DNA of 63,092 nt, the filler included, from Globobulimina sp. (Eukaryota): assembly GCA_003354225.1 (NCBI GenBank). It is 43 parts of 43 records of this genome, joined end to end, with 100 filler letters (N's around TTAATTAATTAA, not from the genome) between each part and the next. Parts side by side here need not be neighbours in the genome. Positions count along the whole stretch, not along the records: positions 1 to 1,371 come from PIVH01017784.1; positions 1,472 to 2,842 come from PIVH01017785.1; positions 2,943 to 4,313 come from PIVH01017786.1; positions 4,414 to 5,784 come from PIVH01017787.1; positions 5,885 to 7,255 come from PIVH01017788.1; positions 7,356 to 8,725 come from PIVH01017789.1; positions 8,826 to 10,195 come from PIVH01017790.1; positions 10,296 to 11,665 come from PIVH01017791.1; 35 more parts are not named here. One strand, 5' to 3'. Positions 1 to 11,765 of the stretch are shown in pieces. Within the stretch, counting starts at the first letter, position 1. Each line of letters opens with the position of its first letter. The notes beneath the pieces were generated by a model. The model was not told the origin of the DNA. It saw only the letters and a list, made by a program, of their open reading frames with translations, and made no database searches. The position numbers were made by a program, and so were the translations under genes.

Positions 1-180
1 ACCAAATGCATGTGATAATATATCCGGTATATTAGTTTACATTCTTCACTGTTTTCCAATTTCAATAATGAATACTTACATGTTCGACAGGATTCTTAAA
101 AAAAATGAAAAACTCTGTCAAACTGAATGAAAATTCAGTACATATCGGAGACCCCTAATGGACGAATTACATGTACAGCA

Positions 181-1296
181 TTAAGCATAATTTGCAATGG
201 CTATGGTTTGTCCTAAATTGATTGATTGGTTCACCTCAACAGTAAATTGCTGGATAGCATCTGGTTCAAACAATAATAATATACTACTTCCACCAAATTT
301 GAAATAGCCTGTTCCATCGCCTTTATTAATATGTATTCCCGCGTCAGTATTTATATTGACTGAGCCATCCACATCAATTCCAACATAAACGTTTCCAACC
401 AAACCTACTAAATCGTTATATACGTACAATATACCTCTTCTATTGTTGTTTGTAAAGAATATCATATCCTGCGTTCTTGCATACAATGTATCTTCATTTG
501 GTTGAGGAGCCCAAAAATTATAACCACTCAGTTGTGTATATTCAGCAACATGCCCAGAGACAGCAGAATGATATCGATGATAATTATATGTGTTTAGAAA
601 AAACAAAATCGCTGAACCATTGTGCTCAAATATTTGTGAATAAAGTGGATTGTTTAATGATTGCGAGATATTTAACTCTTGTCCTTTGATGTCAAATACT
701 TTATCCTTTGTCATATTATTTAAGTTTACCTGTAACACAATGCAATCGCAGGGAGAGGTTATAACGGAATCGTTGTTTGGTGCCGAGATTGGACGCATTC
801 CATCTTTAAATGTTCGAGTAAAAAATGCATTGAATGATTCAAAACCATTCGGTGGAGTAATATATTCAGACATATTCACCATATCCCAATTCTCATACGA
901 TGCTACGATATACGATGAATTTGCAGAATCGCAAAATGTTTTCCTTTCAATTAAATACATTTGCATTCATTCTTGTCCTTTGACACTGTTTATTATTTGC
1001 TTTCCAGTGTTGGTATTGATATAACTTTTAATAACATGATTAAAGCTCCAGTTAGTGTAATTTGGTGCAATTGGTATCCATTCGTCAAAGAAGGTATACA
1101 TTGCATCGTATGTTGTTGGGGAAGTGGAATTTGGTCCAAACCCGGCCTCAATAAATGTTTCATTTAATTCTAATGCAAACGTTTTGTTGGATTTGACATA
1201 ACGCTCTAATACATTTACAATATCATGATAGCCATTTCCAATTTCAACTAAGAGTGCGTAAATACTAAAAAATAATTTAATAAGAAAAAAAGACAT
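181..1296 (-). CDS. psd: Phosphatidylserine decarboxylase (PSD/PsiD-like) proenzyme with hydrophobic N-terminus; one in-frame TGA at 967-969
   Basis: Motifs FNAFFTR, SPCD, YHRYH and GYFKFGGSS (self-cleavage site). ORFs 967..1296 and 181..966 abut in the same frame. Confidence 0.85.
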
Positions 1297-1371
1297 ATGG
1301 TAATATTCGTAAAGCGAATTATTTGAATGTGAAACTGCTGACTATAATGTCTAATGTACACAATATTGATC

Positions 1372-1471
1372 NNNNNNNNNNNNNNNNNNNNNNNNNNNNN
1401 NNNNNNNNNNNNNNNTTAATTAATTAANNNNNNNNNNNNNNNNNNNNNNNNNNNNNNNNNNNNNNNNNNNN
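1372..1471. other. Artificial contig linker (N44-TTAATTAATTAA-N44), repeated about every 1470 bp (42 copies)
   Basis: The same linker recurs between unrelated, length-sorted contigs; the 12-mer gives stops in all six frames. Confidence 0.98.
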
Positions 1472-1947
1472 TGATAGTGACTATTACCACCGAATCAATT
1501 CCATTGTTATGCAATTCATTGAAAAATATAAACCACTTAGAAGAGCTTAGATTAAGTGAGTGTTTCAAGAGTCCTCAAAGTGTAGATGATGTAATGCAAT
1601 TGGCAAAAACAATAGAAACAAGTTCACTTTGTCAAATTCTCAAGGGACTTAACCTCAGTGATAATATTCTTGATACAGAGACAGAATCATCAACTGACAT
1701 ACTATTCCCAGTCATTTCAAAATGTGTTCAACTGGAATACCTTGACCTTTCTTTGTGTCAAATAAAAGTACAGTCCTTGGACATTCTAAAAAATGTTCTC
1801 CAGAATTCAAAAAGCAATCTGAAAACTTTGAATGCTTTTAAATGTCATTTCATTCCACCAGATACAGTAACAAAAGAATCGTTGGACAAATGGGAAAGTG
1901 AGATGGAATTGATATTACCTGATTGTGATATATGGGTCAGTTTATGA
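1472..1947 (+). CDS. RNI-like leucine-rich repeat protein, C-terminal fragment
   Basis: Repeats LEELRLSEC, LKGLNLSDN, LEYLDLSLC, LKTLNAFKC. Confidence 0.8.
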
Positions 1948-2942
1948 GATCGAGATCAATTCAATAATATTGTGATATGTCTACCTAAATAATTCACATA
2001 AAATCTTCAAAATCATGTGAAACGGTTTGTTAATTTTGATCGAAACTGGTTTGGAAAAGTTATAGAAATACTTTGTAACAGTTACAAAGAATTCTGTTAC
2101 ATCTACATAAGATTTAGTACATTTGACGGCAGAAAACTTTGCAGATATTACAGATATGTTTTTCTTTCCACAAACTACATAGAACTTTGTTTCTTAAACA
2201 AATTGTTTTCTATTACTTATTATTTCCGAAAATTTTGTTGTTGCAATGAAATCCATTATAGATATATTAAAATTAGAAACCTTTATATTTAAAGCAACAA
2301 ATTAAAAATCGATATAGTTATGATGGTAGATTTGTGAGTGGAATTTATAGTTTGAGCTAAATATATATGGTTGTTCTGGGTTGTGTTGTGTGATATGTAA
2401 TCGAAAAGTTACTATTTAGTTTACTTTTATTGGAATATTTGTTGAAATAGATATAGACATAATATATTACAGTTACATTTCAAACAAAAAACTTACGAAA
2501 TAGATCATACATATTACATTTGTACATGACCGTTATACAGTCAGTCCGGGATATTGGGACATATATGGTAACGTTTCCATATATAGTAACACATGCAACA
2601 GTTACCATATGTGGTAACAGTTAAAATAGAAAGTTTTCAATTTGCTTGTCGTAAACAATAAAATGTATTTGCTTTACTGGCATAGAATGGTGTATAGATA
2701 AGTTGCCACGTGGGAGTTTGCTGATTGAAGTAACTTGGCTGATTGGCTTGTTGTGGAGGGATGACCGGGTAAGGGAACTGGGTTTGTGGCATGCCGAATG
2801 GATGTGTGGTTGATTGGTAGTAGGGCTGGGGGTTTGGAAATCNNNNNNNNNNNNNNNNNNNNNNNNNNNNNNNNNNNNNNNNNNNNTTAATTAATTAANN
2901 NNNNNNNNNNNNNNNNNNNNNNNNNNNNNNNNNNNNNNNNNN

Positions 2943-3848
2943 TTGTAAATCTGGCGGTGACTGAGGCTGAAATTGTTCATTTATAATAAATCCAATATTT
3001 TGTATTGCGGTCAATAATTTTTTTTTATATTTTTCAGTTAATACAAAATCAATTTTTATCACAGATTTATTATTTTGAGCCACTGCATCTCGCACATTTT
3101 GAATATTGTCGTTTAATATTTTTTTGTTGTTCGCAAATTGTGCTTTTGTTTCTTTTCCGATATTAATGATTTCTTCTTTTCTTTGCTGTCTTTGATCATT
3201 TCCCATCGAAGCAATTTTATCATTGCATTCATTTAATTTTTGAGCTAAATATGCTCGCTCTGACTGCATTATTTTTGAACTTTCTCTCAATATTTGATTT
3301 TCTTTCGTTTCTAATTCCAATTCTTCTTTTTTCTCAATTTTATTTAACTCATTTTCTACTTTTTCTTGCCGAAAAATTATTTTTTCTTTGATTTCATTGA
3401 ATGAATTCTTGCTTTTTTCTTTCGTATTTTTAATTTGTTTTAATTTTTCTCTTTTAATTTTCTGCAAACTTTGAGGTAATTCTTTGTTTAATGAATTTAT
3501 ATCAACTTCAAACGCATCAATTTCTTTTAAATGCGATGTTATTTCATCGATTACATTGTGTTCTTCCTCCGCTACGATTACATGTTTTGGTTTTTGTGGC
3601 AATGATGATAGGCTTTGAATGGCACAGACTACGAATGGAGTGGATAAAGGTTGGGATGCTGTTAAATCTGATATTAATTTAAAAAGTGAGGGGGAACTCA
3701 TTGATATCGTATCTCTGTTCGTCATGCCATGCTTTATCAGGAATGGTTTGGCCTGTTCGAGATGGTTTTGTTCGATCCATTTATCAAAATCAAAACCATC
3801 ATCTTCACCCTGCATTTTTCCATCAACGGTTTCTTGCAGACTTGCCAT
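2943..3848 (-). CDS. Coiled-coil protein with SAM-like N-terminal segment (3' truncated)
   Basis: FDKWIEQNHLEQAKPFLIKHGM followed by a long E/K-rich heptad region. Confidence 0.6.
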
Positions 3849-3950
3849 TATCACTCAAGAAACGTAGCGGAAAACTATTTTGCTGATGTCGTGTTGAGTG
3901 TACACAGTGTTTTCTTCAATACTTAAACGTGGAATTGTGAACAAAGCAAC

Positions 3951-4313
3951 ATGCTACCAAACATTTGGCCAATTTTTAGCATTATAAATATTATTAATTT
4001 CCAGGAAACAAAGAATGAAAATAAAAGCCCCCAACAAAAACAAAGCAGTGAAAGTACTGCCTATAGCTATGTATCAGAATTAATTGCTAGAAATCTCAGG
4101 TTGTCCACATATTGGATTGTAGCACATTTGGCAATGGTTTCTTCATTTCCGTCTTATGATGAATTTATGAAAAAAGAGGACTATTTGACTCATTTTATGT
4201 TAAAATGGTCGCTTATTGTTTGTAGTCGCGATGTCTGTGTTGTTGCCTTCTTTTATTATTTATGGCATTGGATATTATATGATTCTCCGTGGTCCGCTAA
4301 ATTAAAATCACTA
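3951..4313 (+). CDS. Sterol desaturase / fatty-acid hydroxylase family protein, N-terminal fragment (start uncertain)
   Basis: RDVCVVAFFYYLWHWILY resembles the N-terminal membrane region of this family; His boxes lie beyond the contig end. Confidence 0.5.
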
Positions 4314-4413
4314 NNNNNNNNNNNNNNNNNNNNNNNNNNNNNNNNNNNNNNNNNNNNTTAATTAATTAANNNNNNNNNNNNNNNNNNNNNNNNNNNNNNN
4401 NNNNNNNNNNNNN

Positions 4414-5588
4414 ATAAAACAGTGAAACTATGGAAAATAAATTTAAATGAGAATCAAAAACTGATTCCATTTTTTAGTGCCAAAATAGAAGGGGTTGCCT
4501 TGTCATTAGCATATAATAAAAAAGGGAGTTATTTAGCAGCAGGCTGTGCGTATCAGAGTGGCGCCGAAGGCGTAATAATTGTATGGAGCACAAAGTCTTA
4601 TCAGGTAAAATGTGTATTTTCATCGAGTGTACTATTAAGATTCAGCAAAGTACATTGCGTGGTATGGTCAAATGACGGCAAATATATATTTAGTGGAGAC
4701 ACTACCGGTATTATTTGGGTGTGGGATTTCAAAAACAAAGTAAAATTAGCAAAGATTAATGCACATAAAGACGTTGTAAACGATATCTGTGTATCACCCA
4801 TAAATAATGCATTATTTTCGTGCAGTTTGGATCAAACCATTTCTGTTTTTAATTTGAATAAATTAAAAAAGAAAAAGAATATAAAATTAAAATCAAAATC
4901 AAAAACAAAAACGAGCAAAAAATGTCTAGGTCGAACGAAAAGAGCAAAAACAATGCATCAAATCTATAGCGATGAAAAAGAGACAAAATATGGAGGGATC
5001 CGGAGACGTTCAACCAATTTTAAGCTACCACTTAGAAATACAAAATCGACGCATTCTAAGTCAGAGTCAGCGTACAAAATTTATAGTCGTCCGAAATATG
5101 ACAGTGATGATGCAAAATATGAGGAATGCGATGAAAATATATATTCCGTGAAACAATTAGTTAAAAATGACAGAAAATATGGATTTCGGAGTGTGACGGC
5201 GACTGAAGATGGCTCACATATTATTGCAGTAAGTCGAAAGTTACATTGTTGGAAATTTGGAGGGAAAAACAATTTGGGAAATTTAAAATGTGTAACAATC
5301 AGTGACAGCGATGTCGATCATATCGGATGTTTGCGGGTACAAAAAGAATTAATGTGTGTTTCGAGAAAGGGCAAAAATAAAATAAAAATATTTAATACAA
5401 CAAATGGGAAATTAACACTACAGAAAAGATTTAAAGGGCCGGTGGAGAAAGTAACGTTTTTATTTGATAATCAATACTGTGTTGTTTGTGTACAGAAAAC
5501 GGATGAAACAAAGAAGAAAAAAAAAAGATATCAAAGACCTGCCATGTATGTATGGGATTATGTGTGGAATCATTATCAATGGGATTGA
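4414..5588 (+). CDS. WD40-repeat protein with basic insert (5' truncated)
   Basis: IFSGDTTGIIWVWD, AHKDVVNDI, LFSCSLDQTISVF, MYVWD. Confidence 0.85.
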
Positions 5589-5884
5589 TAATATAATATT
5601 TAATATATAACAGTTAGCAATATCAATATCAATATATACATTAATTTATTTATTTATTTATAATCATATACTAGTAATTTTAGACTGTGTCAAAAATTGT
5701 GCCCAATTGTTAAATAATCATCACAAGTCAGTCTATTGTTTGATAACGATATTTATTAATATTAATTATTTTGGCAGCATGTACNNNNNNNNNNNNNNNN
5801 NNNNNNNNNNNNNNNNNNNNNNNNNNNNTTAATTAATTAANNNNNNNNNNNNNNNNNNNNNNNNNNNNNNNNNNNNNNNNNNNN

Positions 5885-7255
5885 ACATGCATTTCTATTC
5901 CATTTACGATGGTGGTCACAAATCCAATTTCTATACCTATGTACACGCAATATTGCAACCAATACATTTTATAAAATATTATATTATATTCACATACTTT
6001 CAGGCGATGATTGAAATTGCTGTGCAATTGATTTTTGTAATGCTTCTTTTCTTGCTTTATTGTTCTCGATTTGATCCTGTTGATGTTGGCTTAATGCGCC
6101 ATTATTTGCCGTATTTGAAAACTTTAAATAATATGATACAATGTCTGCGTCCTTAAGGGCCAATTTGTTGGCATAGTACGTAGAGCTGGTCATAATAATG
6201 GACAATACAGAGCCAATAAAGGCGCCTACAATGGCCGGAGTAATAGTGTCCACCTGAACTGCATAAATAATTTGGATCAATAACTGCGGTAAATTTTCTA
6301 TGTATTTTAATTAATTTGTTTCGTTTTTATTGATTTGTATACAAAATAACATACCTAAACAGATTGTGGATTTCATTTTTATTTTACTTAATTCATTTAG
6401 TTCGTGTTTGGTTAAGCCACAATCAAATAAATATAAATTAAATAATCGCGATGACACCATCAACAAAGCAGGATGACACCCGCCGGATATTACAATTAAT
6501 GCCACAAAGACAAATATGCGATCTGCGAAATATTCGTCAGCGCGCCGATTATTTTTTATTGTTTCTTGCGAATGGATCCGAATACCATACAATAAATTAG
6601 TTAAATAAGGAACCACTGTAAAAAAGACACTGGCAAAGCCACACATTAATATTATATTAAATTTTTCTTCTCCCACATAGGCCAACGGATTAGTTAAGAT
6701 TTCAAAACACAGATTGATATCGCTTATAAAATCATAGATTTGCAACGCAAATAATAATGGTACGTACCTAGAAATAAAATATGGTTCAAAAATATTTCAA
6801 ATTTATAAAATTGCATTGGTACAAACCATTTGGAATTATCAGATTTTGAGGATTTTTTAGTGTTCAGCCATTTAGCAATCAAGGAAATGATCAGTCCGCT
6901 TACTATGATGCCGATCGATAATCCAATTACAAAATAATTCGGATCTTCATCAAATTGTTCGTCTGTCACAGCTTTTAACGTCTCTTTATTGTCCACAACA
7001 AATAATAATCCCCCTTCGTCGCCATATGCATTTACGTCGACGTCTGGATTAGATTCGTTATTTGGATTAAAAAAATGTCTCAAATCAGCAGTGACCTGCT
7101 CGCTAAATGTGTTAGCTTTGGATTTAATGACCAAAGTATTGCCAATCTCCTCTGTACAAAAAATGGTACAGTCCATGGTTATGTCTTCATTATACTCCAA
7201 ATTCGCTTTGCCGACTTCAACGCCATTTATATCATTCACAGAAACCATAAAATCA
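5885..7255 (-). CDS. Multi-pass membrane protein, spliced (introns 6768-6826, 6298-6354 and a third near 5937-5997)
   Basis: Removing GT-AG introns joins three ORFs into KWYVPLLFALQIYDFISD...TICLENLPQLLIQIIYA with several hydrophobic helices. Confidence 0.7.
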
Positions 7256-7355
7256 NNNNNNNNNNNNNNNNNNNNNNNNNNNNNNNNNNNNNNNNNNNNT
7301 TAATTAATTAANNNNNNNNNNNNNNNNNNNNNNNNNNNNNNNNNNNNNNNNNNNN

Positions 7356-7636
7356 AAATAATAGTTACAATTTGCGAGCATTACCAAACTGAAAAAGGAA
7401 TCATTTTATGAGAGGTTTGGTATTAAAACAGATGGAATAATATCAGTTTGAAACGAATCCAACATCGCCTCACAAAGCAGCGCGCTGTGCGCGCCGCGGC
7501 CGCAGGCCGCGCTGCTTTATGTGGGGAGGATAGATTTGATGTAAACTGATATTATTCCATCTGTTTTAATACCAAATCTCTCATAAAATGATTCCTTTTT
7601 CAGTTTGGTAATGCTCGCAAATTGTAACTATTATTT
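7356..7636. repeat. Long palindrome: 94-bp arms, internal bubble, GC-rich Y-shaped apex
   Basis: 7356-7449 is the reverse complement of 7543-7636 with one mismatch. Apex: AAAGCAG-[CGCGC TGT GCGCG]-C-[CGCGGCC GCA GGCCGCG]-CTGCTTT. Confidence 0.92.
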
Positions 7637-7942
7637 TAATGCGAAATTGCGTTATAATTATCCTTGCACTTTGTCTAGAAACGTTTGAAAGGTCATTAAG
7701 AGAAACAAGATGATTTTATATTTAATTTTATTAAATGACATACATAAATAACATCATCAAAAGAAAAAAAGAGAGAAAAAGCCGTAAATCCATAATGAAT
7801 CCATAAAAATAAAAATAAAAATTAAAAAGAACAAAAAAAACAAATAATTACATACGTAATAGGTTTAAATCGAGCAAAAAAGCAATCACAACACAGTCAC
7901 ACAACAAACTAATATGTATTTACATAATACAAAAAAAAATAT

Positions 7943-8725
7943 TCAAAATGAGAAAAAAAATAATTTCTTGAACACACGCTCCGACATCCCCTTATTAATG
8001 TGATCATACTCTCTAATCCCTAACTTCTCACGCAAAACATTAAATACCTGCGCGATCCTTTGATGAACGGATGCGCTCGCGAGGCCATCCGGCTGAAACG
8101 ACACAGTATATTCTTTCGCCTGCTCAAATACTAACGAGGCGGCGACCAACTAATGGACTAAAAATTGAATATTTTCAGTGGGAATGCGATAATTCAGCAC
8201 TTTCTCTTTGCCACCCTTCGCCTTCAATAATATCACTCTGTATCCATACCACATTTCCAAAATCGACTGCATTTTATGCTTTTCCTTGACAAACGGCACC
8301 AATTCTTCGTTTCTATCGCCGCCCAAAATTATCTGTTTCTCTTCATCAATATCACTGTCCGGGGCGTCTGGCGGATCATACCGAAAGGCAGCTTCGCGAT
8401 GGCTATCATATCGATGTTGGGCGCGTGGACGACGATGTGTTGCATAGATTAGTATAGGATAGTTGCATATTTTGCATATTTTCTCAAAGTCTGCGATGCT
8501 TTTCCATCCTTTAAATGTCTGCTTTTTGAGTATTGAAAATTTGATCTTCTTTTTTAATAAATATGTGGTTACGACGCCTCTCGCGGGCTTCGTCATTTTC
8601 TCCCTTGAATAAATAATGCGCGTCAAAAATCTATCGGAGGGATATTTTTTTGTGTACGCCAATAATATGTTAAATGCCGCTGCATTTGGGTCCATTTTAA
8701 TTTCTTCGAACGCCGGGACCATAGC
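7943..8725 (-). CDS. Hypothetical protein with one in-frame TAG (8150-8152)
   Basis: ORFs 8150..8722 and 7943..8149 are contiguous in the same frame; no recognisable family. Confidence 0.5.
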
Positions 8726-8825
8726 NNNNNNNNNNNNNNNNNNNNNNNNNNNNNNNNNNNNNNNNNNNNTTAATTAATTAANNNNNNNNNNNNNNNNNNN
8801 NNNNNNNNNNNNNNNNNNNNNNNNN

Positions 8826-10195
8826 CCCAGTGGCCCCTGATGCCCATAAAATGGATGAAGAATAGCCAGGCGATGATCAAATGGATCAAGAAACAGAGGT
8901 GGCGAGGTATTACCCTCCTCTGTGATACCCGATGGACAGTGACAAGTCCATCTGGCAATGAAGGGGAAGTGCAGGCAGCGACCCGACTGAGGCTCAGGAG
9001 TTTTCGTTTTTTTTTTTGGTATTTCAATTTTTGAGTTTTTTTTATGGTAACCTGAGCCATTTGTGGACTTCGGTAGAAATGGAGGGAATAAAGGATACAT
9101 TCACCTTACGTAAGGTAGTGGCTTCAGCGATCAATCGGAGTTCGGCCTGATCGTTGGGTGGTTAATTCATTTTACTCTAGGGACGCCAAAAGTTTTAATG
9201 CGACATTAACCACAGTATATCTGCCAGCCAAATACAGCTCTCCCAAGCGCATTGGACTTGAGCTGGGATATCTCCGCCCTAAGAATTTGGGTCTACCGTG
9301 GGAACTGAGTCGGCTTGCGCAGGCCCAGGCTCACTTTCCACCTGTAGAAAGCAAACCGTGCCCCTTATTCCTAATTACAAAAAGTAAAGGGCCGAAGTCC
9401 AAGAGGTGTGGGATAATGGCCTATCCTATTCCTAATATGTCGGTCTGGAAATACTGTAAACAGTACTTAACGCGACATAAAAATGTTGTATTAGGGTTAC
9501 CCGACGCGATAGACGTTAATATTCGTGAAAACCACTCTCCGCTGAACAGTAGCTTTAAGCGTTCAGTTGTTATTTCAATGTTTTGGTTTCGAAACGACGT
9601 CGAGAATTCTTTTAGCCTGCTGCGATTTGGTTTAAACCTGCCAGCCCACTATGAATGTTTTTGTTTGAAAGAGTTATCTGAATAGCGATCTACAAAGTTT
9701 TAAGCTGCATGACAGCTTGGCTTTCGGCCGCCATTTTTCTATGTTAAATTTAACATGCAGTAATAGAAATCCCTCTATTACATAACGATTTCTATTAGTA
9801 TTTGAGCATAAAATGGCTCTACTACTATTGACTTCCTTTATGCGTTAGTAATCGGAGATACTTGTAAAACTGTCATGTGTTGTTATACCATGACAGTGAT
9901 TCGAAATTTATTTGCCAGCTAATTACTCGATGTTGGCACATACTGTAGTTAGCAAATAATTTTAAGCAGCCAGTCGTAATATCGATGGTGACAAAGTTCT
10001 TTTCTAAGTTGCTGAGATTTAGTTTAAACTGATTCAGCTGCGAGGAGAATGTTTACATTTCTCGCGAGCTAAAAGAGCGATTGAAAGTTTTTGTTAAGCC
10101 ACAATACTATGTCGCCAACCGTCGATCAACGTGCCACTTGGGTGGGCAAAACGTTAATTGTCAACACTTGTCTCGTTTTTGCACTCGTTTTACTG
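8826..10195 (+). other. Hairpin-dense, probably non-coding contig (candidate structured RNA or element UTR)
   Basis: Many local stems, e.g. 8893-8923, 8931-8952, 8991-9058, 9125-9156, 9158-9213, 9870-9898. G-T pairs favour the + strand. Confidence 0.35.
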
Positions 10196-10295
10196 NNNNN
10201 NNNNNNNNNNNNNNNNNNNNNNNNNNNNNNNNNNNNNNNTTAATTAATTAANNNNNNNNNNNNNNNNNNNNNNNNNNNNNNNNNNNNNNNNNNNN

Positions 10296-10652
10296 ATGAC
10301 TAGCTCACTTCAGGAAAACTTGCAATATCTAAAAAAGAGAGAGATGAGAGTTTATGGATGGATAACTGTACATCTATATGTATCCGCGAGATTTTATATA
10401 TAAAATACATATCGGTACATCTAGAATACATGTCTCTTCATTTAAATACATATCTATAAATTTAAAATACATATCTGTACATCTAAAATACATATCGATA
10501 CATCTGACATACATATCGGTACATCTAAAATACTGTACAGATATGTATTTTAAATGAAGAGACATGTATTTTAGATGTACAGTAATCCATCCATAAACTC
10601 TCATCTCTCTCTTTTTTAGATATTGCAAGTTTTCCTGAAGTGAGCTAGTCAT
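10296..10652. mobile_element. Foldback-like element: ~80-bp outer inverted arms with inner 21-bp subrepeats
   Basis: 10296-10376 is the reverse complement of ~10572-10652. The unit AAAATACATATC(G/T)GTACATCT occurs about 6 times on the left and about twice, inverted, on the right. Confidence 0.65.
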
Positions 10653-11204
10653 CATTGTTAGTAATTATTTTGTAATTAATATAAAATGCAATTAATATAA
10701 ACAAGATTATAGTGTGAAATAGTTGAATCTCTAAAGTGCTAAGGTTTCACTGAGCTTTCGGCTGTCGTAAAGAAGCCATTGTCAAAGTGTTTTAAATTGA
10801 AAAGTTACTAATCAATCACAAAAACTACAACACTCAAAACGAAACACCACAAAAAAACAACACACGTGAAAATTGAATATAACATATATATATAAAATGC
10901 ACACAACACCTGAATCATATACAAAACTAATGATTCTCGATTAAATAGATTATTTCAACAAAAAAATAAAATAAAGATATAAATCCGAAACCAAAGTTGA
11001 AATAAAATGACAAAAATAATTGTAAACAAAACTTGACAATGATAAATCATAAAAAACCATAACGGTTAGGGGGCAATTCGTAGTTTCAAATAAAACGCAA
11101 AAGCAAAACCAAAAAACTACCCCCAATTTCACGATACCACACTCAAATAATATAGATATAAAAAATAAATAAAGACATAAAACTCAACACTGCAACGTTA
11201 CGTA

Positions 11205-11665
11205 TTATAACATCGACGTAAATGTATGATATTGACTCTCATCATCTAATTTGAATAATTCTTCCCTTTCCCAGTTCTCCCAAATCGATTTGAATGGAAT
11301 GTGTGGTTCTGGCTCAACGCCAAAACTTAATTCCATAGTATTATTTTTCTCATCTTCCATATCATCGAATAACTCCAACACATCGCTCCCGTCCTTGACT
11401 TGATTAAAAATTAAATCTAAGTCTAAATTTGTATCATTTAAATGAGAGATTAATTGATTTCTATTCAAATCCAATGCATCTTCCTCTCTTAATTCTGGAT
11501 CCCAATCTGATTTAATTTCTGTTATGTTTAATGCAGATAAATGTAATTCTTTCTCAATGAGATTCTTTTTTAACTCATTCTTCTCCAAAATGATACTGTC
11601 TAAATCTAATGTCATTTGTTTTAATTTCGGAGGTATAGACCCCTAGTTATTTAAAACTTTATTTG
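11205..11665 (-). CDS. Acidic hypothetical protein, C-terminal fragment
   Basis: Protein-like D/E/L-rich open frame; no recognisable motif. Confidence 0.45.
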
Positions 11666-11765
11666 NNNNNNNNNNNNNNNNNNNNNNNNNNNNNNNNNNN
11701 NNNNNNNNNTTAATTAATTAANNNNNNNNNNNNNNNNNNNNNNNNNNNNNNNNNNNNNNNNNNNN

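Noticed and set aside
1372-1471. Regularly spaced TTAATTAATTAA, and ORFs running into X runs or ending LIN
   Set aside because: Artificial linker; not a biological repeat, and those ORF ends are not real.
9301-9340. Group II intron domain V look-alike (stem, tetraloop, 2-nt bulge)
   Set aside because: No AGC/CGC triad at the right position, no GNRA loop and no domain VI.
9491-9499. TTAGGGTTA as a telomerase RNA template (TAACCCTAA on the minus strand)
   Set aside because: Only 9 nt, which is plausible by chance, and G-U pairing favours the opposite strand.
9158-9685. 175-aa ORF in the hairpin-rich contig
   Set aside because: Non-ATG start, no recognisable motifs; likely incidental.
10374-10655. 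ORF with repeated CxDMY
   Set aside because: It is the translation of the 21-bp subrepeats.
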